This document shows, one piece after another, positions 38,535 through 52,024 of a stretch of 64,000 nucleotides of DNA (its first letter is position 1; each line of letters begins with the position of its first letter). The translations under genes and the position numbers were made by a program. The notes beneath the pieces are model-generated. The model ran no database searches, was not told the DNA's origin, and worked only from the letters and a program-made list of their open reading frames with translations. This DNA is from Octopus sinensis. Its lineage: Eukaryota. The stretch is taken from positions 33,542,001 to 33,606,000 of the forward strand of contig NC_043006.1 in NCBI RefSeq assembly GCF_006345805.1. The letters are read 5' to 3'.

Positions 38535-38778
38535 TATTTATTTCTTTATTGCCCACAGGAGGCTAAACATAGAAGGGACAAACGAGGACAGACATAGGTA
38601 TTAAGTCGATTACATCGACCCCAGTGCGTAACTGAACTGGTACTTATTTAATCGACCCCCAAAAGGATGAAAGGCAAGGTTAACCTTGGCGGAATTTGAA
38701 CTCAGAATGTAACGGCAGCCAAAATACCATTAAGCATTCCTGCCGGTGTGCTAATGATTATTCCAGCTCGCCGCCTTA
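38535..38778 (-). mobile_element. SINE family B (tail 1 variant)
   Basis: Core plus head ending ccagctcgccgcctt on the plus strand. Confidence 0.85.
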
Positions 38779-38789
38779 AGGCATGCACC

Positions 38790-38835
<46 letters not shown>

Positions 38836-39495
38836 GGGGGGAGGTGAATTTACTTGAATCAGAAGTTGTTACAAATTCAAGGCCTTGCTTCAAACTCAGA
38901 AACACATGTTCACATGCAGACAGTCAGTTTATTGTGCATATTATACAAAAGGTTTCATAAACAACATTCATTATGTTGATAAAATATTAAGTTGAATGGT
39001 GGAATGTTCTCATTGGTATACGTCTAAATTATGTAAACATATTGACACACACACAATGGCACATACACATATGCATATGACACAAACACACACATACATG
39101 CATACGTAACACACATAGGTACACTCACACACACACATACATGCATACGTAACACACATAGGCACACTCACACACACATACATGCATACGTAATACACAT
39201 AGGCACACTCACGCACACATGTCACTGCTATTGTTATTTCTATTCAATCTTCTTATTCTGCAGTCTATCATGGAATGAAATGATTGGGCGCAGCTGTTTT
39301 GACACAGGTGATTTGGCATGGCTGACTGGCACATTCAGTGTGGTTTGGATGATGGCACTTTTCTAGAACTGGAGGCAAACACACACACCACACACACACA
39401 CACAGAGGAGTATGCATGTACACAGAAATATACACTATACTGAGAGGATGAGTGATAGAGAGACACGCAGAGATAAAGAGAAAGAAAGAAGTAGG

Positions 39496-39560
<65 letters not shown>

Positions 39561-39596
39561 AAAGAGAGAGATTGAAATGTCTGATGTCAAGTAAAT

Positions 39597-39815
39597 CTAT
39601 TTTTTTACTACCCACAAGGGGCTAAACACAGAGAGGACAAACAAGGACAGGCAAACGGATTAAGTTGATTATATCGGCCCCAGTGCGTAACTGGTACTTA
39701 TTTAATTGACCCCGAAAGGATGAAAGGCAAAGTCGACCTCGGCGGAATTTGAACTCAGAACGTAACGGCAACCGAAATACGGCTACGCATTTTGCCCGGC
39801 GTGCTAGCATTTCTG
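39597..39815 (-). mobile_element. SINE family B (tail 1), young
   Basis: Near-identical to 19311-19529. Confidence 0.9.
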
Positions 39816-40341
39816 CAAGCTAAATCAGCATTGAATCGGTGGCACCAAACAAATGGTACCAATCTGACTGTACCAAAAATGTCTCATACCCTCCCTATCA
39901 TATTCTCTCTTCTGTTACCCCCTCCTCTCAGTTCTTCCCACTCTTGTGTATTTCCATCGCCCTTTCTCCTGTCTGCCAGTGGTGGTGGAGGTGTTGGGGC
40001 ACAGCCCAAAGGATAAACGACTCATTAGTCTTAATGGGGAGAAGACAACATCACAAGAGCTGCTGGTACCAAGATAAAAGGTGCCATTTAATGCTTCTTT
40101 GCCCATGCTAGCACAGGCTGGACATTTGGACATGAAGTGACTAACCAGAGGGCTGTGACAAGCTCCAGTGTTTGTATTGGCATGGTTTCTACAACTGGAT
40201 GCCTTCCTATTGCCAGCCACTCCACAGTGTACTGGGTGCTTTTCTCATGGCATCAGAACTAGCAAGTCTTCAAGTACTTGCACCAAGCATATATATTCTA
40301 TAAAGTGATTAGCAAATGAATGGAGACAATATAGGCAGCCT

Positions 40342-40822
40342 TTAACCCTTTTGTTACCATATTTCTGTTAAGATGCTCTGTGATTCTTTCAATTAATTTT
40401 TAAAATAACAAAGAATTTAGTAAAATAACTTAGTTATCATTAAGCTGGTGTTAGGAACATAAATTGTGACTAAGGTCTGGTGGAAGATTTTAATTCAGAA
40501 CTTTTGAAAACAAGACATTTATAACTACAGAGCCAGAAGCGGTTTCAGCCAGATTGGTATCGAAATGGTTAAGAATTATTTCTCTATTATATATTCTAAG
40601 ACTTTTGAGACCATATTTTTGTTGAGATGCTCTGTGATTCTTTCAATTAATTTTAAATATAATAAAGAATTTAGCAAAATAACTTAGTTTTCATTCAGCT
40701 GGTGTTAGGAACATAAATTGTGACAAAGGTTTGGAAGATTTTAATTCAGAACTTTTGAAAATAAGACATTTGTACTACAGAGCCAGAGGTGGTTTCAGGT
40801 GGGTTGGTATCGAAAGGGTTAA
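40342..40822. mobile_element. Two tandem piggyBac-like MITEs (about 230 bp each)
   Basis: TTAA|CCCTTTT...AATGG|TTAA (40342-40572) and a second copy ending GAAAGGG|TTAA (40822); internal sequences highly similar. Confidence 0.8.
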
Positions 40823-41254
40823 TCTTGTCAAAGACAAGGTAACTTGTAACTGTCTTGTAGGGATGGTACCATGATAAAATGCATCCAGTACATTCTGTCA
40901 AGTGGTTGCTAATAGGAAGGGCACGTAACCATAGTAACCATGCCAGTAAAGGAATATTGAAGATGTGGTCCCTGGCCCATTTTGGAGAGCATTAAGTCAG
41001 AATAAGAACTGACACACACACACCATTTAATATATACAATCACAAAATAGCTACAAATAGTTTCATGCTTTAAGATACATTAAATTGGTAGATTTATATA
41101 ATATTCCATGTATCTCCAAGCAATTTAATGTATCTCAAATGATATTTACCTCTCACTGATGGAGTACTTCTTTTGTAGATATACCTATAATAAAACTATA
41201 AACTTTATCTCTTTCACTCTCTGTACACACACACACACAAACATATACAGTCCT

Positions 41255-41286
<32 letters not shown>

Positions 41287-42034
41287 CCAAAGCATTGAAT
41301 TCTATCTAATTCTATAAATATGCCAAAACATATAAATGTGGACATCTTACAATGAAAATATTTTTAATAGATAACTAGACTAATTAACTAATGAAGAAAG
41401 AAACAAAACAAATTAATTGAATTCCTAAATTATTTTAATAAACTATTATTTTAAGAATAAGGAATTCTCAGAATATTTTTGAAATAAATAAAAACCATTT
41501 TCTCCACACATTAATGAATTCTAAATAAACGTTGGTTTCAGATTTTGGCACAAGGCCAGCAATTTTGAGGGTGGGGGTGAGCTGAAAACATTGACCCCAG
41601 TGCTCAACTGGTACTTATTTTATCTATCCTGGCAGAATTTTATCTATCTTGGCAGAATTTGAACTCAGAACATAAGACAAAGATATGCCACTAAGCATTT
41701 TGCCTTGGCATTGTAATGGTTCTGCCAGCTCATCGTTTTATTCTATATAAACATTAAAATTGCAGGTGGATTGTAGATTTGGCAGTTTGTCATTCAAAAT
41801 ACCTTGTGGTATTTGAATACATTCTCTTTGGGTTTTGTCTGAAAATCCTACCCTGGTCCCCTTTATCTTTCATCATTCCAAGGTTCATAATATAAGCTCT
41901 TGCACAGCACTTTGGGCAAGTGTCCTTTAGAATAGCCTGTTGCTGACCATTACCATGTGAGCATATGAGTGAAGTTGGTAGATGAAAACTGAAAGAAGCC
42001 TGTTGTGTGTGTATGTGTATCTATCTATCTATCT

Positions 42035-42081
<47 letters not shown>

Positions 42082-42086
<5 letters not shown>

Positions 42087-42678
42087 ATTTATTATTAGTA
42101 TTAGTATTGTCCCTTTGATCCCTTGGTCGACAGTTTGCTTATTATTATTACTATTTTCAGCTTCACCTCGTATTGCATATTATTTCTCCATACAGGGGTT
42201 TTTTTCAATGGCGGCCCATTTTGGCGGGGTTCCACTGTTCCCTTCTTTCTCTCTCTCTCTCTTACGTTGTCTGCCATTCCCCCCTTCCATTGCTAAGAGC
42301 ATTTTTAAGCCTGCCCGTCAGTTCAACCCTTCGCATATTCCCGTGTCAGGCCGAAGAACGAAATGTTCCCAAGATAAGAGTCTTTCTAATCTAATGTTGT
42401 GGTTGAGCTGTTTTGTTTATTATTTATTATTAGTATTAGTATTGTCCCTTTGATCCCTTGGTCGACAGTTTGCTTATTATTATTACTATTTTCAGCTTCA
42501 CCTCGTATTGCATATTATTTCTCCATACAGGGGTTTTTTTCAATGGCGGCCCATTTTGGCGGGGTTCCACTGTTCCCTTCTTTCTCTCTCTCTCTCTTAC
42601 GTTGTCTGCCATTCCCCCCTTCCATTGCTAAGAGCATTTTTAAGCCAGCCCGTCAGTTCAACCCTTCGCATATTCCCG
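42082..42678. repeat. 262-bp direct repeat at 335-bp period, CpG-rich (young insertion, unclassified)
   Basis: 42082-42343 versus 42417-42678, 1 mismatch seen; 73-bp spacer. Confidence 0.85.
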
Positions 42679-42929
42679 GTGCACCCGCCCTTGCCCACCC
42701 CCACCACCAATACCGGATATCTCTATATTTTTGCTCCATCTATACCGGATGTCGCTTCTCCCACCACCATTATAGGTGTCTACTCTTCGAACCCCCCTCT
42801 TCAATACGCTATTTCACCATGCATTACCCCTCTCTTGATATCCTATGTTCTACTTGCCTAGAACCTGTCATCATTTCTCTGAACCACCCCTCCCCACTGG
42901 TGCTCCCCTATATATTTCTGCCCCCCCCC

Positions 42930-43180
42930 ACATAAAAGCACCATCCGAACGTGGCCGATGCCAGACCCCTCTGGCACCTGTGCAGGTGGCACGTAAAAAA
43001 CACCCACTACACTCGCGGAGTGGTTGGCGTTAGGAAGGGCATCCAGCTGTAGAAACACTGCCAGACTAGACTGGAGCCTGGGGCAGTCCCTAGCTCCCCA
43101 GACCCCGGTCGAAACCGTCCAACCCGTGCTAGCACGGAAAACGGACGTTAAACGATGATGATGATGATGATGATGATATA
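42930..43180 (+). mobile_element. Family C RTE-type 3' end, young
   Basis: ggagtggttggcgttaggaagggcatcc...cggacgttaaacgatgatgatgat; further copies at 46095-46262 (+), 50670-50800 (+), 55760-56000 (-), 40085-40290 (-), 38170-38370 (-). Confidence 0.85.
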
Positions 43181-44040
43181 TATATATAATCATCATCATT
43201 GTTTAACATGCCTGCTTTCCATGCAGTTTGACTGAGGACTGGCAAGTCAAACCGTTTAACCCATGCCAATACACACACACACATCACTCTTCCTCTTTCT
43301 CTTCTATGTATACCTCTATCATCTATCTATCTATGTGTGTGTGTATGTGAGTATTATATACCTTTGTGTTTATGGTATGTTTGTCCCCCACCACAACGAC
43401 GACCACCACCACCACTTGACAACCAGTGTTAGTTTGTTTATGTCCTGATAAATCAATAGTTTGGCAAAAGAAACTGATAGACTAAGTACCAGACAAGTAA
43501 AACAAATAAGTACTGGAGCCAACTTATTCACCCAAACCCTTAAAGGTGGTGCCCCAACATGGCCATAGTCCACTGACTAAAACCAATGTAAAAAAAAAAG
43601 CTTTAATATTTGTGACTAAGATTAGTTTCTACGACTATTATTAACCCCAGCTTAAAACATGAAAATTCTTTCAATATTTATAAGTATACACTTTTTTTTT
43701 TGTTTTCCGGTTCAATTCTCACAAGGGAAATGAAATGATGGTGGCAGTAGGAGTGTATGAACGATAAGACATCATTTCAAGTCTTAAAAGGTATAAGTTT
43801 CTATGTCTTCAAACTATGTTTATAGATTTCAGTCTGTCACTGCTTGAGTGAGCTGAGTGCTGGCTGAGGTTATTCTGAGGTTATATTTATAAATAGTGCA
43901 GAAAAATGTGAAATAGAAATAGTGTAAAAATACATTGGTAGCATACCCCAAATATTGACCTGGAATTCTCTTCTTTATAAATGTTATATATGCATCTATA
44001 CTTTTATTTAAAACATCATAATCATTACAACCTGTTCTTT

Positions 44041-44280
44041 CACTATCCATCCAACTATCTGTCTATCCATCCATCAGTCTATCTATCTATCTATCCATCC
44101 ATCAGTCTATCTATCTATCTATCATCCATCAGTCTATCTATCTATCTATCCATCCATCAGTCTATCTATCTATCTATCTATCTATCTATTTATCCATCAG
44201 TCTATCTATCTATTTATCTATCTATCCATCAGTCTATCTATCTATCTATCCATCAGTCTATCTATCTATCTATCCATCAG

Positions 44281-44319
<39 letters not shown>

Positions 44320-44355
44320 GTCTGTCTGTCTGCCTGCCTGCCTGCCTATCTATCA

Positions 44356-44400
<45 letters not shown>
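44041..44400. repeat. (TATC)n compound microsatellite with ccatcagtc interruptions
   Basis: Direct reading. Confidence 0.95.
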
Positions 44401-44457
44401 CACATATATGTATATGCACACACACATATACGTGTGCATATATATATATATATATAT

Positions 44458-44681
44458 ATAATACAAAATGGGACAAGCTCGCAAAACATCCGGACAACTA
44501 GGAGATACAAAAAGGGGACAACAAAACATCCAGATAGATGATACAAAAGAATAAACACAAGGACGGGTCATTTGAAGCTTTCTATCTTCAGTCAAGAACC
44601 GGATCATCCTCGCAATTTCGGCTGCTTAATCTTGAGATTGCTCCAATCTGGCCAGCCCCAAAGAAAAACTAAGCTAAGAGC

Positions 44682-44685
<4 letters not shown>
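44458..44685 (-). mobile_element. CpG-rich short element within (TA)n, Penelope pLTR-like
   Basis: Flanked by (TA)n on both sides; contains an HHR-like CTGAAGA-TA-GAAAGCTTC lacking helix II (44591-44574). Confidence 0.4.
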
Positions 44686-44737
<52 letters not shown>

Positions 44738-44805
44738 TACACACTTGCTATATTATATATACAAGCATTACCTATCTGTCTATCTATATACACAAAAACA
44801 TGTAT

Positions 44806-45015
44806 TCTTTTATTCTTTTACTTGTTTCAGTCATTTGACTGCAGCCATGCTGGAGCACCGCCTTTAGTCGAGCAAATCGACCCCAGGATTTTTGTAAGCC
44901 TAGTACTTATTCTGTTGGTCTCTTTTGCCAAACTGCTATGTTACGAGGACGTAAACACACCAGCATCAGTTGTCAAGCGATGTTGGGGCAACAAACACAA
45001 ACATGTACACGCAAA

Positions 45016-45056
<41 letters not shown>

Positions 45057-45200
45057 GACAGGCTTATTTCAGTTTCTATCAACCAAATCCATTCACAAGG
45101 CTTTGGTTGGCCTGAGGCTATAGTAGGTGTCATGTAGTGGGACTGAACCTGGAACCATGTGGTTGGGAAGCAAGCTACTTACCACACACTCCTGTGCCTA
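44806..45200 (-). mobile_element. SINE family A, near full length
   Basis: Both halves present; small deletion in the CORE-like segment. Confidence 0.9.
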
Positions 45201-45676
45201 TGTGAATATATATACATCTAAAATGAGTAACCTTACAATGGACTGGCATTGCATCGAGGAGGAAAACTGATCTTGGTTATTTATAATGTCATGGAAACCA
45301 GTAGCTTGCTCTATGAATATTAAGACTTGAGACAATAATCTTTTCTTCTCTAGGCACAAGGCCCAAAATTTTGGGGGAGTGGGCCAGTTGATTAGATCGA
45401 CCCCAGTATGCAACTGGCACTTAATTTATCGACCCCGAAAGGATGAAAGGTAGAGACAATAATATCCAAGTGTTGATGATGATGATGAAGGTGTACACAT
45501 ATTTAAAGTAAAAGCCACTTGTTACATTAGATACATTAATATTAACTATTGCTTTTACATGCAGATGGCATCTACGAGTATTTAACCTCAGTTATTTATT
45601 ATACATTGATACAGATGCAGATTGTTTGCAAGTCTATTAACCCTTTCTTGTTCTTTCTTTATTCTTCAATTTAGGT

Positions 45677-45733
<57 letters not shown>

Positions 45734-46574
45734 TAATGTTTGCTTTTATGTTCAGTTATAATAAAAACAATTTTACATAAGCCATGTGGGTTACTCTATA
45801 CTTTAGTAGAGTACACATTTATCATACTTAAAATAGAATATTATTGATAAAACCACATTTAATCAATAAAAATTTCTCCAACACACCCCTCCAAAACAAC
45901 CTACCCTAAAACCTAATTACCACTCCACTCAAACCTACACATGCAACGAGGATTTTAACTCAACAGAGACTCTATAAAGCCAAGATTAACCTTAATGCAT
46001 AGCAGTTCAACGATAGCTTAACTGGCCGAAACTTCGAAGTCACTGTCAATAATATTCTTGTTCAAAAAGCCCATCATACATATATGCACATAAAAAAGCA
46101 CCCAGTACACTCTTGGAGTGGTTGGCATTAGGAAGGGCATCCAGCTGTTGAAACACTGCCAGATCGGACTGGGGCTTGGTGCAGCCTCCTGGCTTCCCAG
46201 ACCCCAGTCGAACCGTCCAACCCATACCAGCATGGAAAACGGACGTTAAATGATGATGATGAGGATATATATATATATGTGTGTGTGTGTATATGTATAT
46301 ATGGAAAAAAAAGTCAAGGTAGAAAATGCTAAAATAATTTTATAAAAAACATTTCAGTACCGTTTCCAGTCATTGAGACTTTTTCAACTGTAAGTATGGA
46401 AAAGAATTAAATTTTGGAAAAATTAAAAGAAAAGTTTTTTAAAAGAATATTTGCATAGTGTTCAAATACGAGGGGCATATTCCTTGTTTCCGCCTCTCTC
46501 TGTCTCTCTTGTTTACTCTTGTAGGTTTGAGGTCATTGTGAATTCTTGGCAGGGAAGAAGGAGGATATACACAG

Positions 46575-46607
<33 letters not shown>

Positions 46608-47235
46608 GATAGATAGATAGAAAGATAGATATACATGTATATATATTTATGTGTGTGTCTTTGTGCCTGTGTTGGTCCCACCACCATCATTTGACAACCA
46701 ATGTTGGTGTATTTATGTCTCCATAGCTCAGAGTTTCAGCAAAAGAGACCGATAGAACAAGTACTAGGCTTACAAAGATTAAGTCCTGGGGGTTGATTTC
46801 TTGCACTAAAACCCTTTAAGGCACTGCTCCAGCATGACTGAAACATGTGAAAGAATAAAAGAATATACACATATACATGATATTGGTCAGTAGTTTATAA
46901 ATCTGAAAAGAAGCTCACTCTCAAAATTTAGAGAAATAATGCTTAAAATGTTGTTGGCTATTGCTGGTCAAAGAGTGACCACTAGTTTTGCACCAATAAG
47001 GTTCTTAGCTTTGTGTGTGACTCGTCAAACTCAATGGCGAGAGGAACATAACCAGTGAGTCTGACAAGCTACCTCTTTCACTAAGAACCTTATAGGAGCC
47101 AAACCAAAGGTCACTCTCTGACCGGCCATAACCAACAACCTTCTAAGTATACACAAACACACACACACACACATATATATAGTGAGTGTGTGAGTATAAC
47201 ATATATAGATATAAGGTATGAAGTGAGTGTCTCAC

Positions 47236-47292
47236 CTGCATTGTTTTTACACTGAGGCTGGGCACAATAACAACAGGAAATGGAACACATGA
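47236..47292 (-). other. Candidate 57-nt exon
   Basis: Acceptor ttttactgttggctag, donor CAG|gtgaga; two frames open. Confidence 0.25.
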
Positions 47293-47968
47293 CTAGCCAA
47301 CAGTAAAATCCAAGAACTAAAGAGTGTTGTCCTTGCCAAATACTAAGTATATTCCGTATGACATCTACCTTCCCTTTCTTACCCTCACACACACATGCAT
47401 AATTTTCTCTTTCACATACACACACACACACACACATACGTTTACGCGGATTTACACATTCATATGCTATTACAACAACAACAACAACAATAATGATAAG
47501 GTCGTGTACAAATAAACAGCAACTTGGATTAGTAGTTAGCAATTAACTTGCATTTATTGATGCTTACATATGCACTCACACACACAAACACACAAACATG
47601 CATACACATACACACAGAGGCAGATACACACACATACACACACACACACAGCATATAGATGTGCATGGATGGGTTCTGAGAGGCTGTAGATGGCAGATCT
47701 CAGCATTATGTAATCTGTGTGTGTGTGTGTGTGTTGCAGTGAATGGGCATGTATGTAATTTAGGCTATTAAGTCACCCCCTCCCCCACTTCTATTAATGA
47801 GACGCTTAAACATTGGAGGGGGGATAGAAGGGGGGAAAGGAAAGAGAGAGAGAGAGTGAGTGAGCGAGAGATGGAAGAACAGAATTAAATAGAGTTAAGT
47901 ATGTTCCATTGTTTCATTTTGTCAATAAAGGATTATATGAACCAGACAGAGAAAGAGAGGGAGATAGG

Positions 47969-48004
<36 letters not shown>

Positions 48005-48103
48005 AAGAGAGAGGGAGAGAGAGAGGAAGAAAGAGGGAGGGAGAGGGAATGAGATGTGTGGGTGTATAAAGACATAGGAAAGAAATTCACTTCAGTTAGT
48101 GTC

Positions 48104-48157
<54 letters not shown>

Positions 48158-48159
48158 TA

Positions 48160-48322
48160 TGGGTGCAGGAGTGGCTGTGTGGTAAGTAGCTTGCTTACCA
48201 ACCACATGGTTCTGGGTTCTGTCACACCGTGTGGCTCCTTGGGCAAGTGTCTTCTACTATACTCTCGAGCCAACGAAAGCCTTGTGAGTGGATTTGGTTG
48301 ACAGAAACTGAATGAAGCCCAT

Positions 48323-48357
<35 letters not shown>

Positions 48358-48556
48358 GTGCGTTTATGTTTGTGTGTCTGTGTTTGTCCCCCCCAACATT
48401 GCTTGACAACTGATGCTGGTGTGTTTACGTTCCTGTAAGTTAGCAGTTCGGCAAAAGAGACCAATAAGAATAAGTTCTGGGATCAATTTGCTCGACTAAA
48501 GGCGGTGCTCCAGTATGGTCGCAGTCAAATGACTGAAACAAATAAAAGAGTAAAGA
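48160..48556 (+). mobile_element. SINE family A, full length
   Basis: Head gtgcaggagtggctgtgtggtaag through aaaagagtaaagaga tail; further copies at 49345-49810 and 51915-52230. Confidence 0.9.
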
Positions 48557-48834
48557 GATATATTCTATCTCCTCCTCCTCATCATCATTTAACACTTTTC
48601 CTGCTGGTGTGGGTTTGTGGTTTGTGTGTGTGTGTATTTATTTATTATTCTTCAACAATATGCATAAAGGAACTGAGAGAAATAACTCAGGGTGGCCAAT
48701 GATATGAATAGGAATAACACAGACAAATACAGATATATTAGATACCATACAAGATAAATTATTGATTTACTGAAAACTATGCTTGCTTCCATAAATGTCC
48801 TCTACTCTTTTAGTATTTTTAAGTCCTTAGGTAA

Positions 48835-48888
48835 GACAATTGCTGTGCTGATGATGCCTATAGAAGCAGAAACCTGTCTATAGTTGTC
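48835..48888 (+). ncRNA. Candidate minimal type I hammerhead ribozyme
   Basis: Helix I GACAA..CUGUG/UAUAG-UUGUC, CUGAUGA (48848-48854), helix II UGC/GCA, GAAA (48869-48872), AC-CU-GU, GUC triplet. Confidence 0.5.
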
Positions 48889-49074
48889 CTTAAGTCTTCA
48901 GACAATTAGGAATCTAGTTTCTTGAGATTATCTTCACTTATCATCATCATCATCATCATGTCCATTGTTCCAGGCGGTCTCTATGCCTTTCTCTTAACAT
49001 CATGTGATGGCTGTAAATGAGCATTAGTCATACAAGCAATGCACTTTGTGTGTGTGTATATATGCGTGTATATA

Positions 49075-49128
<54 letters not shown>

Positions 49129-49962
49129 TATACATGTATATGTGTGTGCACACACACACATGTCTTGATTAGATATTAAGATACTTGTACTTGTTTTATT
49201 TCCTGATTTTTATGCAACTGGTTTGATATTTTCCCTGCACAAAATTAAATCTAAATTGTGGAAGTAAAAATAAAAATCCCGCAGTTTGTTAGAATCCTTG
49301 ATTTGATAAAAAACCTCCTAAAACACGGTGAAAAAATTATAAAGCAGCAGGCGCGGCTGTATGGTAAGAAGTCTGCTTCCCACCCTCATGGTTCTGGGCA
49401 ATGTCTTCTAATATAGCCATGGACCAACCAAAGCTTTGAAAGTGCATTTAGTCAATGGAAACTGAAAGAAGCCTGTTATATACATGATCATATGTATAGG
49501 CCTATGTGTGTGTGTGGTTGTGTGTGTGTGTGTGTATGTATACATATGTATAGGCATATATGTATGTGTGTGTGAGTGTGTCTTTGTGTCTGTGTTTGTC
49601 CTCATCACCTCTTGACAACCAGTGTTGGTGTGGTTATGTTCCCATAACTTAGCAGTTCAGTTCAGCAAAAGAGACTGATAGAATAAGTACCAGGCTTTAA
49701 AAAAAAATAATAATAATAATCAGTACTGGTGTTGCTTTGTGCAGCTAAAAATTCTGCAAAACAGTGCCCCAGCATGGCCACAATCTAATGACTGAAACAA
49801 GTAAAAGAAAAAAAAAATTTAAATCTCAGTTTACTATTTAAGAAAAAAAAGAAGAAAAATGGGAAGACACATTCCACAATGTAGTCTTTGGTGTACAAAG
49901 GCAGGTCAGTGACAGCTTGGCAGATTTTCTACTTATGTGAAACATTAAACAACAAACATTAC

Positions 49963-50013
49963 CAGCTTGCAAATATCTGCCATGCCCATTTCCCACACTG
50001 AAGCGAGTATCAG
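49963..50013 (-). other. Candidate 51-nt exon
   Basis: Acceptor caacttccag, donor CTG|gtaatg; two frames open. Confidence 0.2.
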
Positions 50014-50829
50014 CTGGAAGTTGCATTCAATTATGAAAATGCATGTCATAATATTTATCTGTGTTTGGTGAATTGATAAGCATACATAATTAGGAAGTGA
50101 TCAAGGTTAATTGTGTTTATTTTTTACTGCATGTATTAATTGACTTAACAAGGTTGTTTTAGTACAGAGCTTATTGAGGAGAGGTGGGGGGGGATAATGG
50201 AATGAGGCAGGGTGTTTCATAAGTATATTAGTAATTTAGCAGATTTTATAGACTTACTGTACAGGCAATATAATGTGAGAGAGAGAGAGAGAGCAGGAGG
50301 AAAGAGAGAAATAAAGTGTGTGTGAGAGAGAGAGAGAGTGTACATGTGGTAGTGGGAAACAAAAAGAACAACAAAAAAATGTTGAACTAATTTGAAAACA
50401 AGAATACACAACCACTCGAAAACTAATGCAATAAATGACATGCAGAGATCAGTGTTGAATATTGAAATATAAATATACAGCAAATAAAACAAAGCTACCC
50501 CCACCCTGCCAAAAATACTTTGAAAAAGAGCAGCAAATGCCACAACGGTAGTAAAGTTAATGAAAGAGCCATAAAGTAGTCACTAACATGCTAGAAATAC
50601 CACTTAAATCTCCTTCAAAATCACATCCTGTCACCTTTTAAAAAAGATACATAAGAAGATGCAGTCCTGAATTCCCTATTCGGAAAGGGATCCAGCCATG
50701 AAAACCATGCCAAAGCAGACACTGGCTCTCAAATCCTGTCAAACTGTCCAACTATGACAGCATGGAACATGTACATTAAATGATGATGATGATGATGATG
50801 ATGGTAGGACATTGACCTCCTGGAAACTG

Positions 50830-51375
50830 TTCAGAGACGTGCAACCAAGTGAATACCCTCTATTAAGCATCTAACATACTCTGAACGCCTTGCTTCTCTG
50901 GGCATAGATACATTGAAGCTCCATCATCTGACATCTGATTTGGAAAATACCCGCAAAATTATTAACCATCACACCAACAACCACCTTGAACACTTTTTTG
51001 AACTCCATGTGTCTAACACATGTAGGCATGCCTACAAAGTCAGAAAACAGCACAGCTCCCATGACTTTTGAAAACATTTTTTCACACTCAGGGATGCTGA
51101 AGCATGGAACAAACTACCTGCATCAGTTGTTAGCTGTCAAGACATTGCATCCTTTAAAACCTCCATGCTTCCTGAAGTTCACCAACACTACACCTGATAT
51201 TCACCACCGCTCCGTACGCATGCACACATGTATATCATGACGCATATACTGTTCACATTCCTGACTTTTGTACATAATTCTATGTACTCCACATGCACCT
51301 TTGATGAGCTGTAGTGCACCTGAGCACTGTACACAATAATTTCATTCTTATCATTATTATTATTATTATTATTCT
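50830..51375 (+). mobile_element. CR1/L2-type LINE 3' end
   Basis: Decayed YSERLASLGIDTLKL...FFTLR..EAWNKLP.SVV C-terminal motifs, 3' UTR and (ATT)n tail. Confidence 0.85.
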
Positions 51376-51982
51376 AAAAAGAATTAAAAACCAATTACAA
51401 CCAAATTATACAAAAACAGATACAATATGAAGTCAGTTTTCTGTCTTTGAGACAGAAATGCTGCAATCCACATAATTAACATAGCTTATACCCGTCCTGG
51501 TCACTAATCCTTATTTACTGGATTAACTCCTATTTTACATCTTCTTTTTATCCAATTCCACCTATGAATAATTTTTAATTACATATTCTCACTACAGTTA
51601 TAAACTTGCCAAAAATGTTTTCCTCTCTGATGAAGGAATTTTGATGGAAATGTCAGGACTCGCATTTCCTCATGATATATGGACCAACTGAAATTTGTGA
51701 ATTTTACTAAAAAACATTTGCTCATTGTATACCACCAGTCTAGTTCTTATTTGTTTTTTTTTAATACCTGTCTATCTGCCTGTCAGTCAATCTATCTATC
51801 TATCTATCTATCTGTCTGTCTGTCTGTCAGTCTATCTATCTATCTATCTATCTATCTGTGCATACATACACATATGCATACACACATATATACATACGTT
51901 ACAAAAGTGAGGCATCTTGGGCAAGTGTCTTCTACTATAGCCTTGGGCCAGCCTTGATAGATGGAAGCTGAAAGAAGCCTGT

Positions 51983-52024
<42 letters not shown>

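Noticed and set aside
47236-47316. DNase II-like N-terminus (..CYCAQPQCKNNAG)
   Set aside because: No downstream VDWF..YKLP exon found, and the expected intron position does not match
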